From: Myxococcota bacterium
Lineage (GTDB): Bacteria > Myxococcota_A > Polyangia > Polyangiales > Sandaracinaceae
Reading direction: 5' to 3'
Length of the DNA stretch: 64,000 nucleotides
Assembly: GCA_036149055.1 (NCBI GenBank)
Contig: JAYZQJ010000128.1
Location: forward strand, 32,001 to 96,000
Of this stretch, positions 29,643 through 39,271 are shown piece by piece; positions within the stretch are counted from its first letter, which is position 1, and each line of letters starts with the position of its first letter. The position numbers and the translations under genes are program-made. The notes beneath the pieces are model-generated. The model was not told the origin of the DNA, searched no databases, and saw only the letters and a program-made list of their open reading frames with translations.

Positions 29643-29752
29643 TCTCGCAAAGGCGCGAAGCCGCAGAGGGGCTGACGGGCAGCGGGGTGGAGGCTCGCCG
29701 CCGGATTCCGAGCTGCGATTGAATTTCTCGCAGAGGCGCAGAGACGCAGAGG
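29643..29752. repeat. Two copies of a (CGCAGAG)-type intergenic repeat
   Basis: tctcgcaaaggcgcgaagccgcagagg (from 29643) and tctcgcagaggcgcagagacgcagagg (29726-29752) between convergent genes. Confidence 0.7.
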
Positions 29753-29824
29753 CGCTGGGGGGCGGCGGGGTGGAGGGTCGCCGCCGGGTTCCGAGCGGCA
29801 GTTCGTTGCTCGCAGGGGGGCGCG

Positions 29825-30343
29825 TCACTGGCGGACAAAGGTGACGCGGTAGCGCACGGGGGCGCCCAGGCGCTCGCTCTCGAGGCGCACGTCGAGCAGG
29901 AGGCGGCGGCCGTCCTCGGACAGGCGGTAGACGGTCGTGTTGACGCCGTTCTCGCCCCGGGCGGTGACCACCAGGCGCTCGCCGTCGCGGCGCACGGTCA
30001 TGACGCCGGACCCGCGCTCGCCGGAGACCTCCGTCGGGGTGCCGTCGGTGGGGAGCGTGACGTTGCGGCCGTTCGCGCCGAAGGTGACGCGCACGCCCTG
30101 GTCGGTCACCCGCAGGAGCGGCGGCGGCTGGGTCGCAGACCGGATGCGGCCGCGCGCGGCGCCGCGCACGAAGACGTTCAGGCTCTCGGTCGCCCGGTCG
30201 ATCGCCGCGTAGCGCGCGTCGCGCTCGGCTTCGCTGCCGCTGGGGCGCCAGTCGCCCGAGAAGCCGGGCTGCGCGGAGGCCGAGGCCGCCATCGTCAGCC
30301 CGAGGATCACCGCGAGCGCTCCATGAATGGGTTCCACCTTCAC
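29825..30343 (-). CDS. Hypothetical secreted beta-rich protein
   Basis: Signal peptide ending ASA-Q; FSGDW start; beta-strand pattern. Confidence 0.75.
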   Translation of the reverse strand: MKVEPIHGALAVILGLTMAASASAQPGFSGDWRPSGSEAERDARYAAIDRATESLNVFVRGAARGRIRSATQPPPLLRVTDQGVRVTFGANGRNVTLPTDGTPTEVSGERGSGVMTVRRDGERLVVTARGENGVNTTVYRLSEDGRRLLLDVRLESERLGAPVRYRVTFVRQ

Positions 30344-30399
30344 CCTTCACACTGTGGTCCGCGTGGACGGGCCCACGCAACGACTCCTGCGCTGCGTTT

Positions 30400-30413
30400 C
30401 GTAGCGAACTGTA
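30400..30413 (-). promoter_or_regulatory. RstA-box-like direct repeat (TACA-N6-TACG)
   Basis: Minus strand TACAGTTCGCTACG in the divergent intergenic region before the RstA-like regulator. Confidence 0.5.
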
Positions 30414-30456
30414 GAGGGCCTTGATCGCCCTCGGGGGGCGCGATCACGATGCGGGG

Positions 30457-31161
30457 GTGAGCTCGACGTCCGACGGCGAGAGGCGCCTGCTGCTCGTCGA
30501 GGACGACGACGCGCTCGCGGCCCTGCTCGCGGAGTACCTCGGTCAGCGCGGGCTGTCGGTGTCGCGGGTGGCCACGGGCCACGAGGGCGTCGCGCGCATC
30601 CTCGAGGAGAAGCCCGACCTCGTCGTCCTCGACCTCATGCTGCCCGGGCTCGACGGGCTCGACGTCTGCCGCCGCGTCCGCGCCGAATACGAGGGCGCCA
30701 TCCTCATGCTCACCGCGAGCCAGAGCGAAGCCGACCATGTCGCCGCGCTCGAGATCGGCGCCGACGACTTCGTGACCAAGCCGATCGAGCCGCGGGTCCT
30801 GCTCGCCCGCATCCGCACCCAGCTGCGGCGCCTCGAGCCCGCCCCGCGCGAGGAGGCGAGGACCGTCGAGGTCGGCCCGCTGCACATCGACACCGCGGCG
30901 CGCGAGGTCCGGGTCGACGGCCGCGAGGTGTCGCTGACCTCGATGGAGTACGACGTGTTGCTCATGCTCGCACGGGGCGCCGGGACCGTGGTCCAGCGCG
31001 AGGACCTCTACGCCCAGGTCATGGGCACGAGCTACGACGGCCTCGATCGCGGCATGGACGTGCACGTCAGCCGGGTGCGCAAGAAGCTGCAGCGCTCGGG
31101 CTTCGACACCGCCCAGCTGAGGTCGGTGCGCGGGGTCGGCTACCTGCTGGTGCCCCGATGA
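30457..31161 (+). CDS. OmpR/PhoB-family response regulator (RstA-like)
   Basis: LLLVEDD, VVLDLMLPG, GADDFVTKP, winged helix MDVHVSRVRKKL...VRGVGY. Confidence 0.92.
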   Translation: MSSTSDGERRLLLVEDDDALAALLAEYLGQRGLSVSRVATGHEGVARILEEKPDLVVLDLMLPGLDGLDVCRRVRAEYEGAILMLTASQSEADHVAALEIGADDFVTKPIEPRVLLARIRTQLRRLEPAPREEARTVEVGPLHIDTAAREVRVDGREVSLTSMEYDVLLMLARGAGTVVQREDLYAQVMGTSYDGLDRGMDVHVSRVRKKLQRSGFDTAQLRSVRGVGYLLVPR

Positions 31162-32402
31162 TCGCGATGCGCCGCTCCTTCGTCCGGCTGGTCGTCAGCA
31201 CCGTGCTCCTGTGCTGGGTGGTGGGCGGCGTCATCGTCTTCGCCTACGCGCGCAGCCTGTCCTGGACCGACGAGCGCGCGCGAGAGGAGGGAGTGTTCCT
31301 GATCCACGCGCTCCTCGACGAGACGCCGGCCGCCGAGCGGGAGGCGCGGCTGGGCGCGCTGCGGTCCCACACGTCGGTCCCGCTCGCGCTGATGCCCCGG
31401 GCCGAGGTGGAGCGACGCGTCGGCCGACCCGCGCGCCCGGGCGAGGCGATCCCGCTGCGCGCCTCGGCCCGCGAGGAGTGGTACTTCCTCGTCTTCGGCG
31501 ACGGGGAGCGCGCGCTCGCCGCCGGCCCGGTGAACCCTGCGCACCCGCGCGGCTTCGTGCCCATCGGCGTCATCCTGCTGATCCTCGGGGTGCCGGTGCT
31601 GGCGGCGTGGATCGCGCTGCGGGTGGAGCGCCGGCTCACCAAGGTCGAGCGGGCGAGCCAGGCGCTGGCGACCGGCGAGCTGACGGCGCGCGTCGACGAT
31701 CCGGACAGCGAGCTGGCGGCGAGCTTCAACGAGATGGCCGAGCGGGTGGAGGGGCTGATCCGCAGCCGCCACGAGCTGGTGCAGGCCGTGTCCCACGAGC
31801 TGGGGTCGCCGCTGAGCCGGCTGCGCTTCCACCTCGAGCTGCTCGAGGGGCGCGCGGACGAGGCGCGGGTGGCGGCGATGGCGCGGGAGCTCGACGCGCT
31901 CGACGAGCTCGTGGCCGAGCTCCTCTCCTACGTGCAGTCGGACGACGTCGCGCTCGACCGCGCCGACTTCGCGCCGCGGACCGCGCTGAGCGACCTGGCC
32001 GAGCTCGCGCAGCTCGACGCGGACGCCGAGCTCGAGGTCTCGGTCGAGATCCCGCCGGGCGCGCGCCTCGTCGCCGACCAGCGGCTCTTCCTCCGGGCGA
32101 TCGAGAACCTGCTCCGCAACGCGGTGCAGCACGCGCGCGCCCGGGTGCGACTCGAGCTCGAGGACGGCAAGAGCGAGGTCCGGGTGACGATCCACGACGA
32201 CGGCCCGGGGATCGAGGAGGCGCTGCGGGAGAAGGTGACGCAGCCCTTCTTCCGCCCGAGCTCGGAGCGCGACCGAAGGACGGGCGGCGTCGGGCTCGGC
32301 CTGGCGATCGTCCAGCGGATCGTGCGAAGGCACGGCGGCGCGCTGAAGATCGGGCGCTCGCCGCTCGGCGGTGCGATGGTGGAGACGGAGTGGCCGCGGT
32401 GA
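31158..32402 (+). CDS. Membrane sensor histidine kinase (RstB-like)
   Basis: Two TM segments, HAMP, VSHELGSPL, NLLRNA, DDGPG, GVGLGL; ATGA overlap. Confidence 0.92.
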   Translation: MIAMRRSFVRLVVSTVLLCWVVGGVIVFAYARSLSWTDERAREEGVFLIHALLDETPAAEREARLGALRSHTSVPLALMPRAEVERRVGRPARPGEAIPLRASAREEWYFLVFGDGERALAAGPVNPAHPRGFVPIGVILLILGVPVLAAWIALRVERRLTKVERASQALATGELTARVDDPDSELAASFNEMAERVEGLIRSRHELVQAVSHELGSPLSRLRFHLELLEGRADEARVAAMARELDALDELVAELLSYVQSDDVALDRADFAPRTALSDLAELAQLDADAELEVSVEIPPGARLVADQRLFLRAIENLLRNAVQHARARVRLELEDGKSEVRVTIHDDGPGIEEALREKVTQPFFRPSSERDRRTGGVGLGLAIVQRIVRRHGGALKIGRSPLGGAMVETEWPR

Positions 32403-32419
32403 TGGAGTGGCCGCGGTGA
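32387..32419. repeat. Tandem duplication (period 17) of the kinase 3' end including its stop
   Basis: ggagtggccgcggtga-t-ggagtggccgcggtga. Confidence 0.9.
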
Positions 32420-32442
32420 CGCGGACGAAGGGGACGGACGAG

Positions 32443-34125
32443 ATGATGCAGAGATGCGCGAGCCTGGCGATCGGCCTGGCGATGCTGGGGCTGGTCGGTT
32501 GCGACGGTGACGAGGGCGGCGTGCTGCGCCCGGACGGAGGCACCGCGGGCCCGCCCGCGACCTACTACGCCGACGTGCTCCCGCTGCTGCAGCGCGAGTG
32601 CGTGAGCTGCCACGTCGAGGGCGGCATCGGCCCGTTCCCGCTCGACACCTACGAGCGCGTGCGCGACGAGGCCGAGAACGTCACCGCCGCGGTCGAGGCC
32701 GGCCTCATGCCGCCGTGGCTCCCGGACGACGCGTGCCGCGAGTACGCGCACGGCCGCGGGCTGAGCGACGAGGAGCGGCGGGTGTTCGCGCGCTGGCTCG
32801 CCGCCGGCACGCCCGAGGGTGACCCGGCCGACGCGCCGCCGCCCCCGGAGGGCCGGCCCACCTTCGAGCCGACCGACGTCGCGCGCATGGCCGAGCCCTA
32901 CCTGCCCGACGCGACCCGGCCCGACGACTACCGCTGCTTCGTGCTCGACCACGACTTCGCGGCCGACACCTTCCTCACCGGGAGCGAGGTCGTGCCCGGC
33001 GCCGGCGCGCTCGTGCACCACGTGCTCGTCTACGGCGTGCGCCCCGACCAGCTGGCGAGCGTCGAGGCGGCCGACGCGGCCGACGAGGGCCCGGGCTACA
33101 CCTGCTTCGGCGGCCCCTTCGCGGAGAGCGGCGAGGAGAGCGGCTCGCTCGGGCTCATCAGCCTGGGCGGCTGGGTCCCGGGCCAGGTGCCGCGCGTCTA
33201 CCCGGAGGGCCGCGCGGTCTACGTGCCGGCGGGCTCGAAGATCGTCATGCAGGTGCACTACAACCTGCTCTCGTCGGAGCCGATCGAGGACGAGACCGAG
33301 TTCCGCATGACCCTCACCGACGCCGAGCCCGAGCTGCGCGTCTCGAGCTTCCCGGCCGCGATCCTCGAGCTGTCCATCCCCGCGGGCGAGCCCGAGGCGC
33401 GCCACCGCGCGGTCTTCCGGAGCTACCGCTCGGCGCCGCTCCGGCTCACCGGGGTCACCCCCCACATGCACCTCCTCGGCACGGAGATCGGCATGCGGCT
33501 GCTGCCGCCCGCCGGGAGCGAGGCCGAGCCGCAGTGCCTGGTCGACATCCCGCGCTGGGACTTCAACTGGCAGGAGGGCTACGGGTTCCGCGCCGAAGAC
33601 GAGATCGTGCTCGAGCCCGGCGGCGGGGTCGAGCTGACGTGCGTCTACGACAACTCCGAGACCAACCAGCCGGTCGTCAACGGCGAGCGCCTGACCCCGC
33701 GCGACGTGACCTGGGGCGAGGGCACGCTCGACGAGATGTGCCTGACCTACGTCGGCTTCGAGGAGGCCTGGGACGGACCGCCGCCGCAGGGCTGCGAGGC
33801 GCTCGAGGGCTGCATGGCGGCGTGCGACGCGAGCGACACGCAGTGCCTGCTCGACTGTGAGGGCCTCGGCGCCGACTGCCGGGTCTGCGCGCTCGAGGGC
33901 ACGCTGGGCTGCGCCCGGGACAGCTGCCTCGCGCAGCTCGCGCCGACCGTGCCGTGCCTCGACACCTGCATCCTGAGCTACGCGATCATCGGCGGCAGCT
34001 TCGAGCAGTGCATGGCCACCGAGTGCCCGGACAGCTGGCCGGCGGCGCGCGACTGCGCGGCCGAGGTGGTGGGCGCCGGCACCTGCGACACCCAGCTCGA
34101 GGCGTGCGGCATCAGCTTCCGATAA
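32443..34125 (+). CDS. Copper type II ascorbate-dependent monooxygenase-like lipoprotein with c-type heme motif
   Basis: Lipobox LVG-C; CVSCH; HHVLVY; MQVHYN; PHMHLLG; WDFNWQ; DEMC; Cys-rich helical tail. Confidence 0.85.
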   Translation: MMQRCASLAIGLAMLGLVGCDGDEGGVLRPDGGTAGPPATYYADVLPLLQRECVSCHVEGGIGPFPLDTYERVRDEAENVTAAVEAGLMPPWLPDDACREYAHGRGLSDEERRVFARWLAAGTPEGDPADAPPPPEGRPTFEPTDVARMAEPYLPDATRPDDYRCFVLDHDFAADTFLTGSEVVPGAGALVHHVLVYGVRPDQLASVEAADAADEGPGYTCFGGPFAESGEESGSLGLISLGGWVPGQVPRVYPEGRAVYVPAGSKIVMQVHYNLLSSEPIEDETEFRMTLTDAEPELRVSSFPAAILELSIPAGEPEARHRAVFRSYRSAPLRLTGVTPHMHLLGTEIGMRLLPPAGSEAEPQCLVDIPRWDFNWQEGYGFRAEDEIVLEPGGGVELTCVYDNSETNQPVVNGERLTPRDVTWGEGTLDEMCLTYVGFEEAWDGPPPQGCEALEGCMAACDASDTQCLLDCEGLGADCRVCALEGTLGCARDSCLAQLAPTVPCLDTCILSYAIIGGSFEQCMATECPDSWPAARDCAAEVVGAGTCDTQLEACGISFR

Positions 34126-35255
34126 CGCTGGCGCTCCTCTCGATCGCCTCCGGCGCGCGGGCGCACGGCCCGGCGCCGGTGGCGCTGTCGGTGCTGACCT
34201 TCGAGGGCGAGGCGGCGGGCGTGGTGCACACCAACGTCGGCCTCGCGAGCGCGCGCGGCGACGGGAGCTACGCCTACGTCTGCCCGTCCCGCTGGGACGG
34301 CAACCCGCGGGCGCTCGCCTTCGGGGTGCAAGACGCGGTGCTCGTGCAGAGCCTCGGGGTCGCCTACCTCTCGCGCGACGCGGGCTGCACCTTCGCGCCC
34401 CTCGACCTCGCCGACTACGTCGTGCGCGCCGCCGCGTGGGAGGGCGGGTTCGCGCTGCTCGTCGAGGGCCCGGGCGGCCGCGAGGTGCTCCGGGTCGACG
34501 CCGCCGGCCGGACCACGCCGCTCCCGCTGGCCCTGCCGGCCGACCCCGACGGCCTCCACCCCGCCGGGAGCGCCCTCTGGCTCGCCGGCGCCGGCCCGCC
34601 CGCCTTCGTGGCCCGCTGGGACGGCGAGGTCGAGGTCGTCTGGCAGGGCGCGCTCCCCGGGAGCCGCGCCATCCCGGTGGCGGCCGAGGCGGGCGCGGCC
34701 TGGCTCGAGACCAGCGACGGCGCCCTCGTGCGCGTCGACGCCGAGGGCCCCGGCCCCGCGCGCGCCTTCGATCGCTCCCGCCACGGCCCCATCCGGCTCG
34801 GCGATCGCACCGTCGCCCTCTTCGACGGCGTGCTGCACGAGTGGCGCGACGGCGCCTGGCGCCCGGACGGCGAGCGCCCCTGGACCTGCCTCGAGGCGCG
34901 CGGCGATCGCGCCTTCGCCTGCTCCCTCGACGGCACCTACGAGCTCACGAGCGGCGAGCCCACCCCCTTCTTCTCCCTCCGCCAGCTCGCGCCGCCCGAC
35001 ACCTGCGGAGCCGCCGAAGCGGAGCCGGAGTGCGCGCGCGAGTGGGCCCACTTCGGCGGAGAGTCCGGCTGGCTCGAGACCGACCCCGCCCTCGACCCCC
35101 GCTCCCCCCGCCGCCCCCGAGGCTGCGCCGCCGCCCCCGGCCGAAGCTTCCGGTGGCCCCTGCTCCCCCTCGCCCTCCTCGGTCTCCGAATACGGAGCAG
35201 GGGACGGTCTCCGAATACGGAGCAGGGGACGGAGTTGACTTGTGAACTTACGTAG
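34104..35255 (+). CDS. Secreted beta-propeller-like protein with MYXO-CTERM-like tail
   Basis: Likely GTG start MRHQLPITLALLSIASGARA-H; SRDAGCTF BNR-like box; GCAAAPG...PLLPLALLGLRIRSR tail; the frame runs into the downstream repeat. Confidence 0.65.
   Translation: MRHQLPITLALLSIASGARAHGPAPVALSVLTFEGEAAGVVHTNVGLASARGDGSYAYVCPSRWDGNPRALAFGVQDAVLVQSLGVAYLSRDAGCTFAPLDLADYVVRAAAWEGGFALLVEGPGGREVLRVDAAGRTTPLPLALPADPDGLHPAGSALWLAGAGPPAFVARWDGEVEVVWQGALPGSRAIPVAAEAGAAWLETSDGALVRVDAEGPGPARAFDRSRHGPIRLGDRTVALFDGVLHEWRDGAWRPDGERPWTCLEARGDRAFACSLDGTYELTSGEPTPFFSLRQLAPPDTCGAAEAEPECAREWAHFGGESGWLETDPALDPRSPRRPRGCAAAPGRSFRWPLLPLALLGLRIRSRGRSPNTEQGTELTCELT
35181..35230. repeat. 25-bp tandem duplication, each unit with a CTCCG-AATA-CGGAG hairpin
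   Basis: ggtctccgaatacggagcaggggac twice. Confidence 0.9.
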
Positions 35256-35268
35256 GCCGAACACCTAC
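35225..35268. repeat. Partial copy of the REP/MITE-like element at 58262-58332
   Basis: ggggacggagttgacttgtgaacttacgtaggccgaacacctac aligns with the reverse complement of the 58262 element; inner GTAGG...CCTAC hairpin. Confidence 0.8.
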
Positions 35269-35279
35269 AACCGGGCGCC

Positions 35280-36167
35280 TCAGGCCAGGCGCGCCCGGAG
35301 GTCGCGGGCGTAGGCGGCGGGGCTCGCGCCGTACCGGGCCTTGAAGTCGCGGGTGAAGTGCGAGGGGCTCGCGTAGCCGACCGCGAGCGCGGCCTCGGAG
35401 GCGCCGAGCCCGTCGCGCAGCATGCGCAGGCGCGCCTGTCCGAGGCGCACGTTCTTCACGTATCGCATGGGGCTCATGCGCGCGACGTCGCGGAAGCGGT
35501 GCGCGAAGTGCGACGGGCTCATCGCCACGCTCCGGGCCAGCTCCTCCACCGTCAACGCGTCGGCGGCGTGATCGCGCACGTAGCGCATCGCCTGCCGGAT
35601 CCGCGGTTCGTCGGCCCGGACCGCGCTCCGGAGCGGCCCCGCGTGCGGGCTGCACAGCAGCCGGAACACGATCTCCCGCACGATCAGCGGTGAGACCACC
35701 CGGTGCTCGAGCGGGTCGTCGACCGACTCCAGCAGGCGACAGAACGACTCCGCGAGCTTCGCGTCCATGCGCTCCGCCCACGCGTCGGTGTCGTCGCCCG
35801 GGTCGGCGCCCCGCGCGTCATCGATGGCGAGCACCGTCTGCGCGATCACGTCCGGATCGATCGTGAGGCCCACCGAGAGGTACGGCCGCCCGGGGCTCGC
35901 CCCCTCGATGAACGAGGTGTAGCGGGTCTCGCGCGTGACGAAGAGGTAGTCGCCCGGCCCGTACCGCAGCCGCCGGCCATCCGACATCTCCAGGGTCTTC
36001 GAGCGCTCGGCGACGACCGCCATGATCACCCCGCTCGTGCTCACCGGCTTGGGCCCGACCGGACCGTCGGCGCGGAAGTAGTAGAGGTCGGGGAACATCG
36101 AGTCGGTGCGCCCCGGCCGGACGGCGTGGGCGCGCACGTGCTCGCGGATCCTCTCGAGCGGCGTCAC
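35280..36167 (-). CDS. AraC-family transcriptional regulator (YqhC-like, AraC_N)
   Basis: [22 protein letters not shown]...SPMRYVK...[18 protein letters not shown]; divergent from an aldo/keto reductase. Confidence 0.92.
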   Translation of the reverse strand: MTPLERIREHVRAHAVRPGRTDSMFPDLYYFRADGPVGPKPVSTSGVIMAVVAERSKTLEMSDGRRLRYGPGDYLFVTRETRYTSFIEGASPGRPYLSVGLTIDPDVIAQTVLAIDDARGADPGDDTDAWAERMDAKLAESFCRLLESVDDPLEHRVVSPLIVREIVFRLLCSPHAGPLRSAVRADEPRIRQAMRYVRDHAADALTVEELARSVAMSPSHFAHRFRDVARMSPMRYVKNVRLGQARLRMLRDGLGASEAALAVGYASPSHFTRDFKARYGASPAAYARDLRARLA

Positions 36168-36295
36168 GCGATCGTTCTATCCCGGGCCGGCGCGGGGGAC
36201 GAGCGGATCGCAGGATCGGGCAAGACGTTCGCAGCCCTCGCCCTGGCGACGCGCGCCGCGCGGGACGACGTTCCCCGCTCACCAAGGAGGACGAG

Positions 36296-37276
36296 ATGCA
36301 GAAGCGACAGGCGAAGCAGGGCGGGCTCGAGGCGGCGGCGGTGGGCCTCGGCTGCATGGGCATGAGCGAGTTCTACGGGCCGAGCGACGACGCGAAGTCG
36401 ATCGCGGTCATCCACCGGGCGCTCGAGCTCGGCGTGACCTTCCTCGACACCGCCGACATGTACGGCTCCGGCGCCAACGAGCGCCTCGTCGGCCGGGCGC
36501 TCGCCGATCGGCGCGACCGGGCGGTGCTCTGCACCAAGTTCGCGATCCAGCGCGGCGAGGGCGGCTCGTTCGCGGGCGTCAGCGGCCGCCCCGAGTACGT
36601 CGCGCAGGCCTGCGAGGACAGCCTGCGGCGCCTCGGCGTCGACCACATCGACCTCTACTACCAGCACCGCGTCGACCCCGAGGTGCCGATCGAGGACACG
36701 GTCGGCGCGATGGCCGATCTAGTGAAGCAAGGCAAGGTACGTCACCTCGGCCTGAGCGAGGCGGCGCCCGCGACCCTGCGCCGCGCGGCGGCCGTGCACC
36801 CCATCGCGGCGCTCCAGACCGAGCTGTCCCTCTGGAGCCGGGCGCCCGAGCGCGAGCTGCTCGCCACGTGCCGGGAGCTGGGCACCCTGTTCGTCGCGTA
36901 CAGCCCGCTCGGCCGGGGCTTCCTCTCGGGGAACATCCGCTCGCGCGCCGACCTGAGCGAGGGTGACTTCCGGCTGAGCATGCCGCGCTTCTCGGAGGAG
37001 AACTTCGCGGACAACCTCGCGCTGGTCGACGGCGTGCGCGCGCTCGCCGAGGAGAAGGGCTGCACCCCGGCCCAGCTCGCCCTGGCGTGGGTGCTCACCC
37101 GCGGCGACCACGTCGTGACCATCCCGGGCACGCGCAGCCTGGAGCGGCTGGCCGAGAACGCGGCCGCGGTCGACGTCGCGCTCACCGAGGCGGAGCTCGC
37201 CGCGCTCGACCGCGTCCTCCCGCCCGAGGCCGCCGCCGGCGATCGCTACGCCAGCATGGCCCTGGTCGATGGGTGA
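36296..37276 (+). CDS. Aldo/keto reductase
   Basis: [47 protein letters not shown]. Confidence 0.95.
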   Translation: MQKRQAKQGGLEAAAVGLGCMGMSEFYGPSDDAKSIAVIHRALELGVTFLDTADMYGSGANERLVGRALADRRDRAVLCTKFAIQRGEGGSFAGVSGRPEYVAQACEDSLRRLGVDHIDLYYQHRVDPEVPIEDTVGAMADLVKQGKVRHLGLSEAAPATLRRAAAVHPIAALQTELSLWSRAPERELLATCRELGTLFVAYSPLGRGFLSGNIRSRADLSEGDFRLSMPRFSEENFADNLALVDGVRALAEEKGCTPAQLALAWVLTRGDHVVTIPGTRSLERLAENAAAVDVALTEAELAALDRVLPPEAAAGDRYASMALVDG

Positions 37277-37307
37277 GTGGTCGATGGGTGAGTGGTCGAT
37301 GGCTGAG
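37263..37307. repeat. Three tandem 15-bp copies of the AKR 3' end including its stop
   Basis: tggtcgatgggtgag x2 plus tggtcgatggctgag. Confidence 0.9.
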
Positions 37308-37327
37308 GCTCGGGTCACGATGCGAAG

Positions 37328-37705
37328 GTGATCGCGCTTCGCATCCTCGGCGGCGTCCTCGTCCTCGCCGGCCTCGTGCTCTCGGTCGCGCCGACGCTGG
37401 CGCTCGATCCCGGCGACGCGCCGGACCTCTTCGAGGCGATCGAGCGCCACGTCCGGTGGGGGCTGCTCATCGGGATCGGGCTCCTGCTCGCCGTGCGCAC
37501 GAGCCTCCGGCCCTGGCGCGTCACCTTCGCGCACCTCGTCTGCTGGGTCAGCGCCGGCTACCTCGTCGCGCGGCTGATCGGGATCGCGCTCGAGGGCGCG
37601 TCGAGCGGCCGGCAGTGGCTGTGGGTCGGCGTCGAGGTCGCCATCTGCCTCGTCGCCGGCGGCTACCTCGTCCGCAAGCGCGACGGGGCCCGGGGCGAGC
37701 GCTGA
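37328..37705 (+). CDS. Small integral membrane protein (DUF4345-like)
   Basis: Four TM segments; ARLIGIALEG motif. Confidence 0.7.
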   Translation: MIALRILGGVLVLAGLVLSVAPTLALDPGDAPDLFEAIERHVRWGLLIGIGLLLAVRTSLRPWRVTFAHLVCWVSAGYLVARLIGIALEGASSGRQWLWVGVEVAICLVAGGYLVRKRDGARGER

Positions 37706-37717
37706 TAGGATGGGCGG

Positions 37718-39241
37718 ATGCGCCGCTCGCTGGCCCTCTGCCTCGCCCTGCTGACGCCCTGGCTCCACGCCTGCGCCGGGCAGGAGTGCGACCTCAACTC
37801 CGACTGCCCGAGCCCGGGCTACTGCGCCTTCGGGCGGTGCGAGCGTGACTGCGCGGCCGACTTCGACTGCGCGGAGGGCTTCGTGTGCTCGGTCATCGGG
37901 CAGTGCGTCGACCCGGACGCCGTCGACGCCTCGGTGCCTCGGGACTCCGGCGCCAGAACCGACTCGGGGATCACCCGAGACTCCGGGGTCGTGCGCGACT
38001 CCGGAGTCGTCCGAGACTCGGGGATCGCGCGCGACTCCGGCGTGGTCCGCGACTCCGGCGTGCGGACGGACGCGGGCCCGAGCGACGCCGGCCCGCCGCC
38101 CGACGCCGGAGGCCCGCCCGGGCCGGTCGCGCGCGGCACCTACCGCTACGGCGCGCTGCCCATCGGCGGCCGCGAAGGCATCCGCGTCGCCTTCCACCCC
38201 GACGGCAGCTACGCGGTGATCCTCGAGCGCTACGACGTCATCCACGTCTACGACTGGGCCACGCGCACCACCCAACGGGTGGACCTCGACCCGCCGGGCT
38301 CGGCGCACGTCTACTTCCACGACCTCGCCTTCGAGCCGGCGGGCGGCTTCGCCTACGTGGTCGGCGCGAGCGTGGACGGCGGGGCCGAGACCGGCGTGAT
38401 CTTCCGGATGGACGACGCGGCGGTGCGGGCCGGCATGGCGAGCGCCGCCTTCACCCAGTCGAGCGAGACGCGCGCGGGCGAGCGCTTCGCCGCGATCGAG
38501 TGGCCGGCCCCGTTCCGCTCGGGCCCGCCGGTGCTGCTCTCCACCACGACCCGCTCGCCCTACATCGCGCGGCTCCGCGAGCTCGACCCGACCACCGACG
38601 CCTTCACCGGCCTCGTCACCGCGAGCCCGCGCAGCGCCGGGTGCATGGACCTCGCCTTCGTCGAGAACGAGTTCGGCGACTGGGGCGTCGTCGTGGTCTG
38701 CGGCATCAACGGCGGCGACGCGCCGTACTACACCGAGATCGGCAGCCCCCCGCACGCCTGGCGCGACGGCCCGAGCGCGACCCTCGGCAACGTCTACCGC
38801 GCGGCCGCGCACCCGAGCGGGGGCTACGCGATCGCGATCGGCGCGTCCGGCCGCGGCAACCTCCACCGCCTCGAGGCCGGCGCGTGGCGCCCCGGCTCGA
38901 GCTCCCCCTCGATCGGGCGCGGGCTCTGGGGCGTGACCTTCCAGGAGGGCGGCCAGCGGGCCCTCGCCTACGGCCGCGCCGCCGGCACCCCGCTCACCGC
39001 GACGGTGGTCGAGTACCGCCACGACCTCTGGTCGAGCGCCGAGCTCACCGACGTCTCGATCCCCGGCTTCGACGCCGCCCCCTACCTCGGCGGCTCGAAC
39101 ACCTTCCTCAACGACGCCGCCTTCCGCCCCGGGTGCGACGGCGGCCTCCTCGTCGGCGGCGAGAGCGACTTCCGTGGCAGCCGCGGCCTGGTCATCGAGT
39201 TCCGGATCGAGGGCCTCCGCGACTGCGGCGGCACGCTGTAG
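37718..39241 (+). CDS. Lipoprotein with Cys-rich N-terminus, RDSG repeat linker and beta-propeller-like domain
   Basis: Signal ending LHA-C; CDLNSDC...CAADFDC; VAFHPDG, LAFEPAG, AAHPSG, AAFRPG blade motifs. Confidence 0.82.
   Translation: MRRSLALCLALLTPWLHACAGQECDLNSDCPSPGYCAFGRCERDCAADFDCAEGFVCSVIGQCVDPDAVDASVPRDSGARTDSGITRDSGVVRDSGVVRDSGIARDSGVVRDSGVRTDAGPSDAGPPPDAGGPPGPVARGTYRYGALPIGGREGIRVAFHPDGSYAVILERYDVIHVYDWATRTTQRVDLDPPGSAHVYFHDLAFEPAGGFAYVVGASVDGGAETGVIFRMDDAAVRAGMASAAFTQSSETRAGERFAAIEWPAPFRSGPPVLLSTTTRSPYIARLRELDPTTDAFTGLVTASPRSAGCMDLAFVENEFGDWGVVVVCGINGGDAPYYTEIGSPPHAWRDGPSATLGNVYRAAAHPSGGYAIAIGASGRGNLHRLEAGAWRPGSSSPSIGRGLWGVTFQEGGQRALAYGRAAGTPLTATVVEYRHDLWSSAELTDVSIPGFDAAPYLGGSNTFLNDAAFRPGCDGGLLVGGESDFRGSRGLVIEFRIEGLRDCGGTL
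37940..38065. repeat. Seven 18-bp coding repeats, (R/T)DSGxx
   Basis: cgggactccggcgccaga ... cgcgactccggcgtgcgg, with synonymous variation between copies. Confidence 0.9.
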
Positions 39242-39271
39242 CTCGGCGCGCCGTCGCCACAGTCGGGAAGC

